Part shown: piece by piece, positions 17,015 to 27,369 of the stretch
How positions within the stretch are numbered: the stretch's first letter is position 1
How the letters are laid out: each line of letters begins with the position of its first letter
NCBI GenBank assembly: GCA_964014485.1
Contig: CAXHAT010000035.1
Coordinates: 1 to 49,083 of the forward strand
Source of the DNA: an uncultured Deferribacteres bacterium
GTDB taxonomy: Bacteria > Zhuqueibacterota > Zhuqueibacteria > Zhuqueibacterales > Geothermadaptataceae
Length of the DNA: 49,083 bases
Direction: 5' to 3'
Notes under the pieces: generated by a model
Databases searched by the model: none
What the model saw: the letters and a program-made list of their open reading frames with translations, nothing else
Told to the model about the DNA's origin: nothing
Made by a program: the position numbers and the translations under genes

Positions 17015-17446
17015 CTACCCGGCCGTAATGTAATTTTCAAGCTGTTGGATGCGGTGCTCCCGTTCGGAAAGCAGGCTGCGCACGGCGTCGCCGATTGAGA
17101 TGATCCCAATGACTTTTTCATCTTTCAGCACCGGCAAATGTCTAATCATTTTGTTCGTCATCAGTCTCATGCAGGAATCAATGGTTTGATGCGGTCCGAC
17201 GTAGATCACGCGCTTGGTCATAATGTCTTTTACGGGCGTTGTTTTCGAGGCCTTGTTTTTCAAAATCACTTTGCGGGCGTAATCCCGCTCCGACAAAATG
17301 CCAACAAGTTTTTCTCCTCTCATGACCAACAGCGAGCCGACGTGTTTTTCCGCCATTAACTGGATGGCGCTAAAAACCGAGTCGTCCGGCTTGATCGTCC
17401 ATACCTCAGGGCCTTTCGAATCCAGAAGCTGTCGCACAGTTTGCAT
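17015..17446 (-). CDS. CBS-pair domain protein
   Basis: GILSERDYARKV, IRHLPVL and IGIISIGD; RBS AGGAGG. Confidence 0.92.
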   Translation of the reverse strand: MQTVRQLLDSKGPEVWTIKPDDSVFSAIQLMAEKHVGSLLVMRGEKLVGILSERDYARKVILKNKASKTTPVKDIMTKRVIYVGPHQTIDSCMRLMTNKMIRHLPVLKDEKVIGIISIGDAVRSLLSEREHRIQQLENYITAG

Positions 17447-17534
17447 GACGTGACCTCCTTGCTTTGTGTATCTTTCAGAATGATTTTGTGATATTAAAAA
17501 ATACGATACGCTCTATTAATGCAAGCAAAACAAT

Positions 17535-18407
17535 TCAATTACGGAAAACATTCCGGAATAAAGCGGGCCAACGCCCGGCGACGAGCGGCACAAGGCGAAA
17601 CTCGCCCTTTATTTCATTCAATTCATCGATTGGAATCACATCTTTTGTGAGTCGGCGTTCGGTGCTGTACCCCGAAACCAGCGCATTGTGTGACAGCAAA
17701 ATTCCTTCGCCTAAAATGTCACAGGCAATATTTTCATTTTCACCGACAATACCGACGCCGTTCCCTTTTTGATCTACAATGATTGCCAGATCAACGCCTG
17801 ATTTACTGCCGCTGAAATGGAATTGCGTTGATTGGAAATGGTAGACTCCGCGCTTCAGGGAGCCGGTTTCGCGCATAAATGAAGCTTCCGGCCCCTTGCC
17901 GCGCCAGGAAAAATAGCGCATTTGTTTTGGCAGTAAAAAAGAGAGGCCAAGTTCGAGCACGATTCCAGCCGCGCCTGCGGGCTTCAATCTGTATTCGAAG
18001 TCGATCCAATTTTTTGGAGAAATTTCCAAAGTCAATTCCAGCAGGATTTTCTGCTCAGCACTGTCTGGCCGACTAAATTCATATTCAGAAAAAACAATAG
18101 TTTTGTCGTTTTCTTTCCAAACGTTTCTTTTCAGCAAGAGAAATTCGGTCAGGCGGATTTGCGGCCAATATTCAATTTTGTTGGCGCTATAAGCTCGAAA
18201 TTCAGCAACGGTCGGTTTTCTGCCGACGCGCACAAACGGACCTTTTTCGAGAAATGTCAGGGCGCCGTCGCCGGAAGTTATGCGAAACAAGCCCGAGATC
18301 GGCAACGACTCCACCACAAAATTGGAAGATTCTAGCCCCGGCTGTTGACCGTACGCTTGGGAAATCAGCAACAGGAGAGCGCTTGATTTCACCAGTGTTT
18401 TTATCAT
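17535..18407 (-). CDS. Secreted protein resembling a stand-alone beta-galactosidase small-chain (C-terminal) domain
   Basis: Signal peptide MIKTLVKSSALLLLISQAYG; PFVRVGRKPT, ELGLSFLLP and WRGKGPEASF resemble GH2 C-terminal domain motifs. Confidence 0.5.
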   Translation of the reverse strand: MIKTLVKSSALLLLISQAYGQQPGLESSNFVVESLPISGLFRITSGDGALTFLEKGPFVRVGRKPTVAEFRAYSANKIEYWPQIRLTEFLLLKRNVWKENDKTIVFSEYEFSRPDSAEQKILLELTLEISPKNWIDFEYRLKPAGAAGIVLELGLSFLLPKQMRYFSWRGKGPEASFMRETGSLKRGVYHFQSTQFHFSGSKSGVDLAIIVDQKGNGVGIVGENENIACDILGEGILLSHNALVSGYSTERRLTKDVIPIDELNEIKGEFRLVPLVAGRWPALFRNVFRN

Positions 18408-18521
18408 TTCGCCACCTTTTTTCCATCGTCTTGACATTGACGCCAAATAGGTTACCTTTAACGCCTTTTGCAAATGATTTTAGATTCGAAATAAATGCGC
18501 AATAATTTTGACAGGGTAAGA

Positions 18522-19928
18522 ATGAACAGTCTTTCGCTGCTTAAAAAGTATTTTGGCTACTCTCAATTTCGCGGCCAACAACAAGAAATCATCGAGCATG
18601 TTATCAACAAAAAGCATGCGTTGGTCATTATGCCGACCGGGATGGGCAAATCCCTGTGCTACCAGATCCCGGCCCTCGCTTCCGATGAACTGACCGTTGT
18701 GATTTCTCCGCTTATCGCTTTGATGAAAGATCAGGTCGACGGGCTGAGAAGGCGGGATATCGACGCGATTTTTATCAACTCGTCGCTTGGACGGAAAGAG
18801 CGCGAAACGCGCTACGCCGGACTCGCGAAGGGAAAATATAAAATGCTCTACGTCACGCCGGAGCGTTTTCGCAAGCCGGAATTTGTCGAGATCATGTCGA
18901 AGCGTCCGGTTTCATTGCTTGCCGTGGACGAAGCGCATTGTATTAGCGAGTGGGGGCACGATTTCCGCCCGGATTACACACGGCTGCAAGAATTTCGTGA
19001 GATTATTCACAATCCGCCGACCATCGCGCTGACGGCGACTGCAACGCCGCCGGTGCAAAAGGACGTCATCCGCCAGCTTGGTCTTGATGAAGCCGAAGTT
19101 TCGCTTTTTCACGAAGGCATCGACCGTCCGAATTTGCATCTCGAAGTCGTCGATCTTTGGGGCGAAGATGAAAAATTGCACGAAATGCTGGAGATGCGGA
19201 AGCGCGAAAAAGGCAGCGGGATCATCTATTTTTCACTAATCCGAACGCTCGAAAAATTCAGCGAGTTTTTGCACAAAAAGAAGATTCGGCACTATCGCTA
19301 CCACGGCGATTTTGAAAAGCACGAACGCAAGCGCATCCAAGACGCTTTCATGGAAGGCGAAAATACGCTGGTTCTCGCAACAAACGCGTTCGGCATGGGC
19401 ATCGACAAGGAGAGCATACGTTTTGTGATGCACGCCGAAACGCCCGGTTCGCTGGAATCCTATTACCAGGAAATTGGCCGCGCCGGACGCGACGGAAAGG
19501 ATGCTTGGTGTACGTTGCTTTATGACGAGCAGGATTTGCTGATCCAGATGGAATTCATCAAATGGAACAATCCAAACGCCGAGTTTTATGATCGACTCTA
19601 CAGTTTTCTGGTGGAAGATATTGACGCCGTGAACGCTTTCGGCGTGGATGGTTTGAAGGAAAAACTGCTGTTCAAAAACCGCCGCGACTATCGGCTGGAA
19701 ACGGCGCTCGGCATGTTCGACCGCTACGGCGTCACGGAAGGCGAGGTCGAACTCAAAAACTTGAAATTAGTCGGAGAAATTCCAGAAGCTTTGACGGATC
19801 AATCCTGGCTGGACGACAAATTGAAACGTGAACAGAAAAAACTCTACACGCTCGTGCAATACGCCAAAACGGAAGACGACCGCAAAGCGTTTATTCACGA
19901 ATATTTCGGCTTGCCTTACAACGGATAA
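18522..19928 (+). CDS. recQ: RecQ-family ATP-dependent DNA helicase (short form)
   Basis: MPTGMGKSLCYQ, AVDEAHCISEWGHDFRPDY, ALTATA, ATNAFGMGIDK and YYQEIGRAGRDG. Confidence 0.95.
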   Translation: MNSLSLLKKYFGYSQFRGQQQEIIEHVINKKHALVIMPTGMGKSLCYQIPALASDELTVVISPLIALMKDQVDGLRRRDIDAIFINSSLGRKERETRYAGLAKGKYKMLYVTPERFRKPEFVEIMSKRPVSLLAVDEAHCISEWGHDFRPDYTRLQEFREIIHNPPTIALTATATPPVQKDVIRQLGLDEAEVSLFHEGIDRPNLHLEVVDLWGEDEKLHEMLEMRKREKGSGIIYFSLIRTLEKFSEFLHKKKIRHYRYHGDFEKHERKRIQDAFMEGENTLVLATNAFGMGIDKESIRFVMHAETPGSLESYYQEIGRAGRDGKDAWCTLLYDEQDLLIQMEFIKWNNPNAEFYDRLYSFLVEDIDAVNAFGVDGLKEKLLFKNRRDYRLETALGMFDRYGVTEGEVELKNLKLVGEIPEALTDQSWLDDKLKREQKKLYTLVQYAKTEDDRKAFIHEYFGLPYNG

Positions 19929-19999
19929 AATCACATTCAGATTACCGCCGTGCGGTTGACGCGCCAAGCCCATTCAAAGGCTCAACACGTCACACATTC

Positions 20000-22045
20000 T
20001 CATTTTAGCAAAGTCATTTTCTTCGTTAACGAAATCGATTCGCCGGACTGCGACGCAGCCGTCATGCGATAAATATACACGCCGCTGGTGATCGTGTTTT
20101 GCGAAGCGCTTGCATCGAAATGCACGCGATGCTGTCCGGCCTGCTGAAATTTATTCTCGAGCAAGATCGCAACGCGCCTTCCGAGAAGATCAAATATTTC
20201 CAGGCTCACGCGTGCGTCTTGCGACAGCGCGTACTGAATCTCCGTGCCTGGATTGAAAGGGTTCGGGTAATTCTGCGCTAGAATAAAATCCGTAGGAACC
20301 CTGTGCAATTCAACCTCGTCATTCCCAACGCTTGTCGCCACGTCAACCACGGCGCGAATCAGATAATCTTCAGCACCGAACAGCGTCCAATTGGCGCCGT
20401 CGAAATCCCAACTCCTGCCGGTGAGCGGCGCCGTATTTTCGGAGCCAAATGATGGCTTGTTCGTTCCGTCATACTCAATCATCACATAAAAATCGCCGGA
20501 GACGTTTATGTTCTCTTGGCTTAGATCGTACTCAACCCAACCGGTTTCCGGAGCCGTCACCGCACGCGGCCCCCAAATCGTAACTCCCGGCGCTCCGTTA
20601 TTGTCGGACAGTACCCGCAAGGCGTGCTGTGCGCCTTCGTCGATACTGGTGAAGTGAATCCTGGCTTTGGTTAAACGCGCGGAATTCATTGACGGCGTAA
20701 AACGAACCGCGGAGCCTTGACCAGCGCTCGGCCAACTGTAACCGGTGGTCGGCGTTCCGCTGTCATAACCCAGTTCTGTGCCGCCGCCGGTTGGAGGCCC
20801 GTCTCCGAGAACGCCCCAATCCCATGACACAAAATCTTCAATGATCTGCCATTTTTGAGCGCCGTCCATTGACGATCCGTGCAAGACAACGGGCGCGTTT
20901 TCGTTAGCCTTGTCGGAATAGGTGTAATGCGCAGCATCGGGAGAGAGCACGATTCCCGAGGTAAAAATGCCGCCTTCGAGAATCCTGGTCGCTTCTTTCG
21001 TCGCGAAATCGTAGCGCCAGAGCGCATTGTTGAAAAAGCCGAATTCGTTCAGCGAAAGCACAAATCCCGAAACGTCCGGCAACCAATCAATATTCAAAAC
21101 AAAAGATGATTCTACCACCAACTCATGCGTCGCTGCATCCGTGCCGCGCGCGCCGCGATAGATTCCGTTCGGCTCGCGAAATTGACTGTAGTACAGAAAA
21201 TCATCGTTGACCGGCGACCAGGCAAGCGCCGTCGAAACAAGCTGAGCATTGGCGGAAAAAACAGCCTGCCCGTTTCGTAAAGGCTCTGGATTGATCGGCA
21301 TGGCTTCACGCAACCCCGCTTCCACAATGTAGGCGATCTCGCTGCCGTCGCCCTTCCAGCTCAATTCATTAATTCTGAATTGATAAGGCCCAAACCCGTT
21401 TTGGATGCTGACTTCGCCCGTCGCTGTCACGGTTTCGTTCGGCTCGACAAAAGCATATGACGCAGGGTTAAACCACGTACCCGCCCCGCCTTTGGCAAAA
21501 ACGAATTGCTCCGTCCCCAAATCGGCGACATTATTAATCGTGACTGTTTTTGACGTCCCCCACGGCACTGTGATCTCCGGCAAATGCGTCGCGCCTTGAA
21601 CATAAAAACCGAAAATGCCGGAAGAATCAAAGGTACGATTTTCCACCGTCACGGTCACTGAGCCTTTGGGATATTCGTTCAATTCATCACATCCCGGCGC
21701 GTTCGTAATTCGGCGTAGATCACTGCCGTCGGGCTTGATGAGAAAAATGTCCGAGTCCCAGGCGGAGCACGAAAATTCATGCGGCGAAGAAAAGGCAATT
21801 TCCTGTCCGTTCGGTGAAATGAAAACATTGGGATAAATCACGAATGAACCGCGCGGCGCCAACCAAATAACGCGGTCGTTTGAGCCGTCCGGATCGACCA
21901 AATGAAGCTCGGAAACGCCGGGGTTTTGCTCCGTCGCGCCGACAACGCGCATGTATGCAATCGTCCCGGACAGATTTGAAGGCGCTTGTGCAAACGCCGT
22001 GGTTGAAGCGAGAATGACGAGCAGGCATAGTATTTTTTTGAGCAT
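20000..22045 (-). CDS. Secreted TolB-like beta-propeller protein with a C-terminal QNYPNPFN sorting (T9SS-A/FlgD-Ig-like) domain
   Basis: Signal peptide; SPNGQEIAFSS, IKPDGSDLRRIT and LAWSP repeats; LAQNYPNPFNPGTEI...GVYIYRM...KKMTLLK. Confidence 0.8.
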   Translation of the reverse strand: MLKKILCLLVILASTTAFAQAPSNLSGTIAYMRVVGATEQNPGVSELHLVDPDGSNDRVIWLAPRGSFVIYPNVFISPNGQEIAFSSPHEFSCSAWDSDIFLIKPDGSDLRRITNAPGCDELNEYPKGSVTVTVENRTFDSSGIFGFYVQGATHLPEITVPWGTSKTVTINNVADLGTEQFVFAKGGAGTWFNPASYAFVEPNETVTATGEVSIQNGFGPYQFRINELSWKGDGSEIAYIVEAGLREAMPINPEPLRNGQAVFSANAQLVSTALAWSPVNDDFLYYSQFREPNGIYRGARGTDAATHELVVESSFVLNIDWLPDVSGFVLSLNEFGFFNNALWRYDFATKEATRILEGGIFTSGIVLSPDAAHYTYSDKANENAPVVLHGSSMDGAQKWQIIEDFVSWDWGVLGDGPPTGGGTELGYDSGTPTTGYSWPSAGQGSAVRFTPSMNSARLTKARIHFTSIDEGAQHALRVLSDNNGAPGVTIWGPRAVTAPETGWVEYDLSQENINVSGDFYVMIEYDGTNKPSFGSENTAPLTGRSWDFDGANWTLFGAEDYLIRAVVDVATSVGNDEVELHRVPTDFILAQNYPNPFNPGTEIQYALSQDARVSLEIFDLLGRRVAILLENKFQQAGQHRVHFDASASQNTITSGVYIYRMTAASQSGESISLTKKMTLLK

Positions 22046-22182
22046 TTTAATGTCCTTGAATTTTCATTTATAATACACTTTAAGGGATGACAGGAGTCCA
22101 ACGCTGAAGCGTTGCCTCCGAAGGATTTTCTCCGGGGGCCACTCCAAAAATATGATACTTTCAAAGCGCCAGGCAACATATC

Positions 22183-22209
22183 GTAGGGGTCAAAATTTTG
22201 AACTCGTAC
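22183..22209. repeat. Degenerate GTAG-type REP palindrome
   Basis: gtaggggtcaaaattttgaactcgtac. Confidence 0.4.
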
Positions 22210-23120
22210 AAATTGCAGGGTCTTTTTCAGAAATCATGTTTTGGGTCTGACCCGCTCCAGCCCTGGCGTCTATAATTGAACAGAAAGCGTTCTAGTCAAT
22301 ACCCGCTGGCTTGTCGCCCGCAAGCGCTGCGTTTGCCGTCAAAACAAACAGAAAATGTGCAATACAAAGTGAAGAGCATTGCATGATTCAACCTCCATTG
22401 GAAAATATAAAAGCGAGTCAAACGACAATTTTGATGGTTCGTCGGGGTTATATGCAGGAGGTCGGCGGAAATGGAAAATTTTTTGGAAGAAAAAAAGATG
22501 TTCAAGAGATTGAACTGGCAGGATGCTATTTTGGATTTATGAAAAGGCGAGCCTTTATGCTCATGTCATTCAGAACGAGCGCTTTTCGGAGTGCGACTAT
22601 TCATCGTCGTCACTGACTGCAAACCAGGCTCAATAGCTGAAGTGCTTGACTCCCAATTTACTTTAAAACCGCTTACGCGCCCGTTTGAGATCGTTGCGCT
22701 TAAACCAAAACATTTGGATAAATTGTAATGTTTCCGGGGTATACGACAGCATTAGACAACGAATGGAAGTGTCGTATAATACCAAATTCGCTAGCAAATA
22801 AATCTTGCATAATTTTTGAGAAATTGGTCAGTTATACAAATATGCTCTTAGGTTGACGGGAATGACGTAAAAAGCAATCTTTTGAGTCAGAAGTCATACC
22901 ATTGAGTTACTACAATTTCGCAGGCTGTGATCCTGAGTTGAAAACTTTCGAGTCTAATGCTTCAGCTTCTATTTGCAGAATTCTGTCAAAAAACTCACCC
23001 TTATTAGCTTCCTTTTCTATCGTGAAAACGCAATGGTCTAGTAATCAATTGCGGCAAGAATCGTTGAGTTTATATTGTAGCATTTCAATGACAAAGCGCT
23101 TTTAGATTCGAGGAGAAAAG

Positions 23121-24788
23121 ATGAACTTTGGGTTTGTGATCGACAATCGGAAATGTATTGGCTGCCACGCTTGCACGGTCGCCTGCAAGGCTGAACACGA
23201 TGTCGCGTTAGGCGTGAATCGAACCTGGGTCAAGTACATCGAAAAAGGCTCCTTTCCAAATACGCGCCGCCTTTTTTCCGTCATGCGCTGCAATCATTGC
23301 GAGGACGCGCCCTGCGTTGAAATTTGCCCGACGAACGCTTTGTTCAAGCGCGCCGACGGCATCGTCGATTTTGACAAGCGTCGCTGCATCGGTTGCAAAT
23401 CGTGCATGCAAGCTTGCCCCTACGATGCGCTTTACATCGATCCTGAAAGCATGACCGCCGCAAAATGTAACTACTGCGCACATCGTGTGGATATTGGTCT
23501 CGAACCCGCCTGTGTCAACGTATGCCCCGAACACGCCATCATCTCCGGCGACATGGACGATCCCGGCAGCGAAATTGCGCAACTGATCTCTCGCGAGCAA
23601 GTTCATGCGCGAAAGATCGAAAAAAACACTCAACCCAAACTTTTTTATATCGACGGCGACGCAGCATCGCTTGTGCCGGGAGTGGCCGGGCCGGATCAAT
23701 CATATATTCAAACCGAGCAAGCGGCGGGCGTGGGACACTTTGCCAAGTACGCTGAAAAACGGATGAACGCCGCAGACCCCGAAAAAATGACGCAAACACT
23801 TGCTAACGGCGGCGGCGCGTCACAGCCAAAAACGAACGGTTCGCCGGAAGATCATGGCGTCACCGTACCTGCAAGTAACGGCGACGGCAAAATGCTGGAA
23901 AAAGCCTGGTCGGTGGTGCGTGAACAAGCGCGACGGGTTTACGATGCGCCGGACAAGGGCGTGCTCTGGGGATGGCAGGTTTCAGCTTACGTTTGGACAA
24001 AAGCCATCGCGACAGGCGCTTTCATTTTGCCGTTTCTGGCGTTGCTGCTCAATCTTGCCACAGTTAGCGAAGCGGTGCAGTGGACGGGCTTCGGTTTGGC
24101 GATTACGTTTTTAACCCTCACTGGAATCCTGCTCGTCGCCGATCTCGATCAGCCGAAACGCTTTCTCTACGTGCTTCTGCGCCCGCACTGGAGTTCATGG
24201 CTGGTTCGCGGCGGCTATTTCATTACGATTTACGGCGCGCTGCTCACGCTCTGGGCGGCGGGCAAACTCACCGGCGTCGCCGGATTGACGACATTTGCAA
24301 TGTGGAGCGGAATTGTTCTGGCCGCGTTAGTTGCGGTTTACACCGCGTTCCTTTTCGCTCAGGCCAAAGGACGGGATTTTTGGCAATCGCCCGTTTTGCC
24401 GTTGCATATGTTAATTCACGCGGTCATGGCGGGCGCGGCAGTTTTTGCGCTTCTGGAAAGTTTTGTCGATGGCGAAGTTTTCTGGACAAACTTTGTTTCT
24501 CAGGTTCTGAAGTTCAGCATCATCACAAACCTTGTCGTCACCGTCGCGGAATTGGTTATGCCTCACCCGACAGCAGATGCGAAGCGGACCGTGCGCATTA
24601 TCACCAAGGGCAAATTTCGGACGTTGTTTTTTCTCGGCGTGATTGTTCTCGGCAACCTCCTGCCGCTGACGCTGCTTTCGCTCTCCGTCGACGCCATGCT
24701 GCCGTTTTGCGGCCTCATTGCATTGATCGGCATTTATTTTTCCGAGCACATTTGGGTGCGCGCGCCGCAACACGTGCCGCTGGCGTAA
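23121..24788 (+). CDS. Fused 4Fe-4S dicluster (NrfC/PsrB-like) and NrfD/PsrC membrane anchor
   Basis: CIGCHACTVAC, CNHCEDAPCVEICP, CIGCKSCMQACP and CNYC...PACVNVCP; then WGWQVSAYVWTK, DLDQPKRF, SWLVRG and about 8 TM helices. Confidence 0.9.
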   Translation: MNFGFVIDNRKCIGCHACTVACKAEHDVALGVNRTWVKYIEKGSFPNTRRLFSVMRCNHCEDAPCVEICPTNALFKRADGIVDFDKRRCIGCKSCMQACPYDALYIDPESMTAAKCNYCAHRVDIGLEPACVNVCPEHAIISGDMDDPGSEIAQLISREQVHARKIEKNTQPKLFYIDGDAASLVPGVAGPDQSYIQTEQAAGVGHFAKYAEKRMNAADPEKMTQTLANGGGASQPKTNGSPEDHGVTVPASNGDGKMLEKAWSVVREQARRVYDAPDKGVLWGWQVSAYVWTKAIATGAFILPFLALLLNLATVSEAVQWTGFGLAITFLTLTGILLVADLDQPKRFLYVLLRPHWSSWLVRGGYFITIYGALLTLWAAGKLTGVAGLTTFAMWSGIVLAALVAVYTAFLFAQAKGRDFWQSPVLPLHMLIHAVMAGAAVFALLESFVDGEVFWTNFVSQVLKFSIITNLVVTVAELVMPHPTADAKRTVRIITKGKFRTLFFLGVIVLGNLLPLTLLSLSVDAMLPFCGLIALIGIYFSEHIWVRAPQHVPLA

Positions 24789-24831
24789 GCCCTGCTGATT
24801 TCCCCATGATGTTATATTAGATTTTTAAGAC

Positions 24832-24910
24832 GGAATAATGGAGTATTGGATTATGGGCTCCCTAACCGAGCTCAGGCCGGCAGCCCAACAATCCACCACT
24901 CCATAAATCC
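24832..24910. repeat. Second copy of the 8-mer palindromic element
   Basis: ggaataat-ggagtatt-ggattatg faces ccaacaat-ccaccact-ccataaat. Confidence 0.7.
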
Positions 24911-24924
24911 AGCCCTGACAGCTA

Positions 24925-25248
24925 TTACTTGGGGTCAAGCGACATGACGTAATCATAACTCTCGTTAAGATATTCCGAGAGTTTGTCCAAATCTTCAAAC
25001 ATCCTGTCAGGTATCAACACATATCCTCTCATGACCGCCCCGTGGGATTTTAAAATTGTCGAATCAAATTCCTGAATGTACTTTTCCTGAACTTCCTTTG
25101 AAAACCTGATTCCAAATTCACCGTCCTTGTTTAGCATAGAAAACATATGTCCATTTGCAGAGGTGTACGGCACTGTTTTTCCCTTCCGCTCAAACCTTGG
25201 GCATTTGGCGACCAACTTATCGTAGAGTTCTAATTTCTCCTTCCACAT
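24925..25248 (-). CDS. Conserved hypothetical protein (TfoX N-terminal-like)
   Basis: ERKGKTVPYTSANGHMFS...GAVMRGYVLIP...ESYDYVMSL; translationally coupled to the upstream SRPBCC gene. Confidence 0.65.
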   Translation of the reverse strand: MWKEKLELYDKLVAKCPRFERKGKTVPYTSANGHMFSMLNKDGEFGIRFSKEVQEKYIQEFDSTILKSHGAVMRGYVLIPDRMFEDLDKLSEYLNESYDYVMSLDPK

Positions 25249-25249
25249 A

Positions 25250-25693
25250 TCATTGCTTCTCCACAAATTCTTTAAACTGCTTCATCCATTTTTCACCCTG
25301 TTTTCGATACATGCTCGGAAATAGTATTGCAATGAGCTTTGGCATGACCCAATTTATGCGAGTGTACTCAAATTCGTATTTGTACCTTGTTTGATCGTCA
25401 TTGATAGCAATGAACTCACATTTCATCGTATTGTCCATGTGCTTGTGGTGATAGCTGGCCTCAAATGAATCGGGCAGTCGATTTGCGGTAATTGTCTCGG
25501 TTAATTCCATATCGCGCTTCCCGTATTTATAATACATTTTGGAAACGGCGCCGTCTTCCCCTTCTTTTCCGCTGGCTAACTCTTTTTTTACAAACCCGTC
25601 CTGATATTCCTTAAGATTTTTGGGATCAGCGAAAAGCTCCGCCACAATACTGCGCGGCTTGTCAATATCAAGTGAACCTCTAACATTTCTCAC
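25250..25693 (-). CDS. SRPBCC/polyketide cyclase-family protein
   Basis: IDKPRSIVAELFADPKNLKEYQDGF, ELTETIT and WMKQFKEFVE; exact start uncertain. Confidence 0.75.
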   Translation of the reverse strand: MRNVRGSLDIDKPRSIVAELFADPKNLKEYQDGFVKKELASGKEGEDGAVSKMYYKYGKRDMELTETITANRLPDSFEASYHHKHMDNTMKCEFIAINDDQTRYKYEFEYTRINWVMPKLIAILFPSMYRKQGEKWMKQFKEFVEKQ

Positions 25694-25892
25694 TTCGTCT
25701 GGAACGCCATAAACTACTATTTGTAAAAGTCTTAGACTTAGGAATACGGTGAAAATATTCGAACAACGCTTGAGCGTGGCAGTGAATTGTATTCTTCATT
25801 TTTTGCCTAAAAAGCTCTGATTTGGCCTCAATTTGAAGTGAGAAATGTTAGTGAACCTTTAAATTTCATTTCTTTTCCTCTTTTCCGCGCAC

Positions 25893-26081
25893 TAATATTA
25901 ACCCAAGTTGTGACCTTCGTTTGAAAAGGGAGAAGGAGTGCAAAGCTTGCTTTGCCTTTCACCCACTTTTCAAAAAATTCACAGCAAAATCAGGATGTTT
26001 TAAACAAAAAAAGCGACGGAATCGCAAGGCAAGCCTTGCACTCCATTTTTTAGCTTTAGGTCACAACTTGGGTTAATATTA
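25893..26081. mobile_element. MITE-like element with a 24-bp perfect terminal inverted repeat and an inner palindrome
   Basis: taatattaacccaagttgtgacct / aggtcacaacttgggttaatatta; inner ggagtgcaaagcttgctttgc / gcaaggcaagccttgcactcc. Confidence 0.75.
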
Positions 26082-26247
26082 TGAGAAATGATGTTGTTTC
26101 ATTCGCATGCTTATAATTAGAATTTGTAAAAATTCCTTGTTTTATAGCACGAACTTGGCGTAACAAGGCGATTTTATCAATTTCCTTTCCGCGCAGACCC
26201 TTCAAAAAAAATCGAAAATTCCTAAATGCCAGCGAAGCTCATCTGTT

Positions 26248-27369
26248 TTAATTGCTCTCCTGCCTCTGCATTTCAATAATCCAGGTTTTCTGGAACGTCT
26301 TCCCGCCGTCGAAGCTGGTGTTCGCGAACCATTTATAGCTGTCTTTTTGTGCGTCATGAAAAATATAAAAAGACATTGGGGAGTCGGCGGCGTTAGCTTC
26401 AAATTGCGTCAGCACGATGCGGTCGCCTTCCTTCTTTCCGCCAAAAAAGAGGCAGCCGTTTCCGCGATTCGTCATGTACAAGCTTTCCCACCTTCGCATT
26501 GCGCGATTGTAAATGCGAATAATCGTCGTGGCCGCGTCCGGCAAACGCGGGTCGACGTCGTACCAATTGAACTCCATGATCGCGTGGCCGTTCAAAGCGC
26601 GAACAGCCGTCGTGGTTGAAGGAAACTTGGCGACCTGGCCGTTTGGAAAGGTCAATTCCTGATTCGCACTGAAAACGCCCAGCAAAAAATCAAACTCCCG
26701 CGCTTCTTCCAAAAGCCCCGGCGCAACTTCGCCAAACTTTCCTGAGCCCGCCATGAAATTCTCGTCGTGTCTGCGCCGCTTGTATTTTTTAATCATCGAT
26801 TTTTGCCACGTCTTGCCGTAGTCCGTCGAAACGTTCTCGCTGATCGAGAAAGCATCGGTTGATTCTTTTTCAATGGTACGTTTAAAAAGCGTCATTTGAA
26901 TGCCGCCCCGCCTGCGCACGCCATTTTTGAGCGTCAATACATCGTCTTCAAAATCGCCGTTATAAACTGAAATGCTTTCCGTGAAGCTGTTTGCCTCGCC
27001 GAGGTTCCACTGCTTATTTGCCGTATTCCAGGCCAGGAAAGTAAGCGTATTCAATCCCTTGCCCCCGCTGAAATCTGGAGCGTGCAAGCGTTCCATGATG
27101 GAATGGCCGCGATTCATGTACGTTACCGTCGCCTTAGCCACTCCGCTCGCGCTGACCGTATCTTGCTGAAAAACTTCAAATTCAACGTCCCATTGGCCGA
27201 TATAAAAAGACATTTTGTCCAATTCGGCTGGGGCGGTCTCGGCGCGATTCGCCATCCTCGTTCCCGGGTCGAACAACTTGCCGTCTCGCAGTGTTTGGCT
27301 TTTTAGCATCGTCCCGCCCATGCAGAGAATGCTGATGAGCGTAATCAAACGCTTGGTTTCTCGGTTCAT
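26248..27369 (-). CDS. Secreted protein with two tandem DUF1579-like domains
   Basis: Signal peptide; internal duplication LDKMSFYIGQWDV...STDYGKTW versus AREFDFLLGVFSA...SFDGGKTF; start at ATG 27369 after GAGGTG. Confidence 0.6.
   Translation of the reverse strand: MNRETKRLITLISILCMGGTMLKSQTLRDGKLFDPGTRMANRAETAPAELDKMSFYIGQWDVEFEVFQQDTVSASGVAKATVTYMNRGHSIMERLHAPDFSGGKGLNTLTFLAWNTANKQWNLGEANSFTESISVYNGDFEDDVLTLKNGVRRRGGIQMTLFKRTIEKESTDAFSISENVSTDYGKTWQKSMIKKYKRRRHDENFMAGSGKFGEVAPGLLEEAREFDFLLGVFSANQELTFPNGQVAKFPSTTTAVRALNGHAIMEFNWYDVDPRLPDAATTIIRIYNRAMRRWESLYMTNRGNGCLFFGGKKEGDRIVLTQFEANAADSPMSFYIFHDAQKDSYKWFANTSFDGGKTFQKTWIIEMQRQESN

Noticed and set aside
22296..23105. Short ORFs and a tatacgaca/tgtcgtata inverted repeat in the AT-rich gap before the NrfC-NrfD gene
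   Set aside because: No RBS or motif support; probably decayed DNA, and no product or RNA class can be assigned
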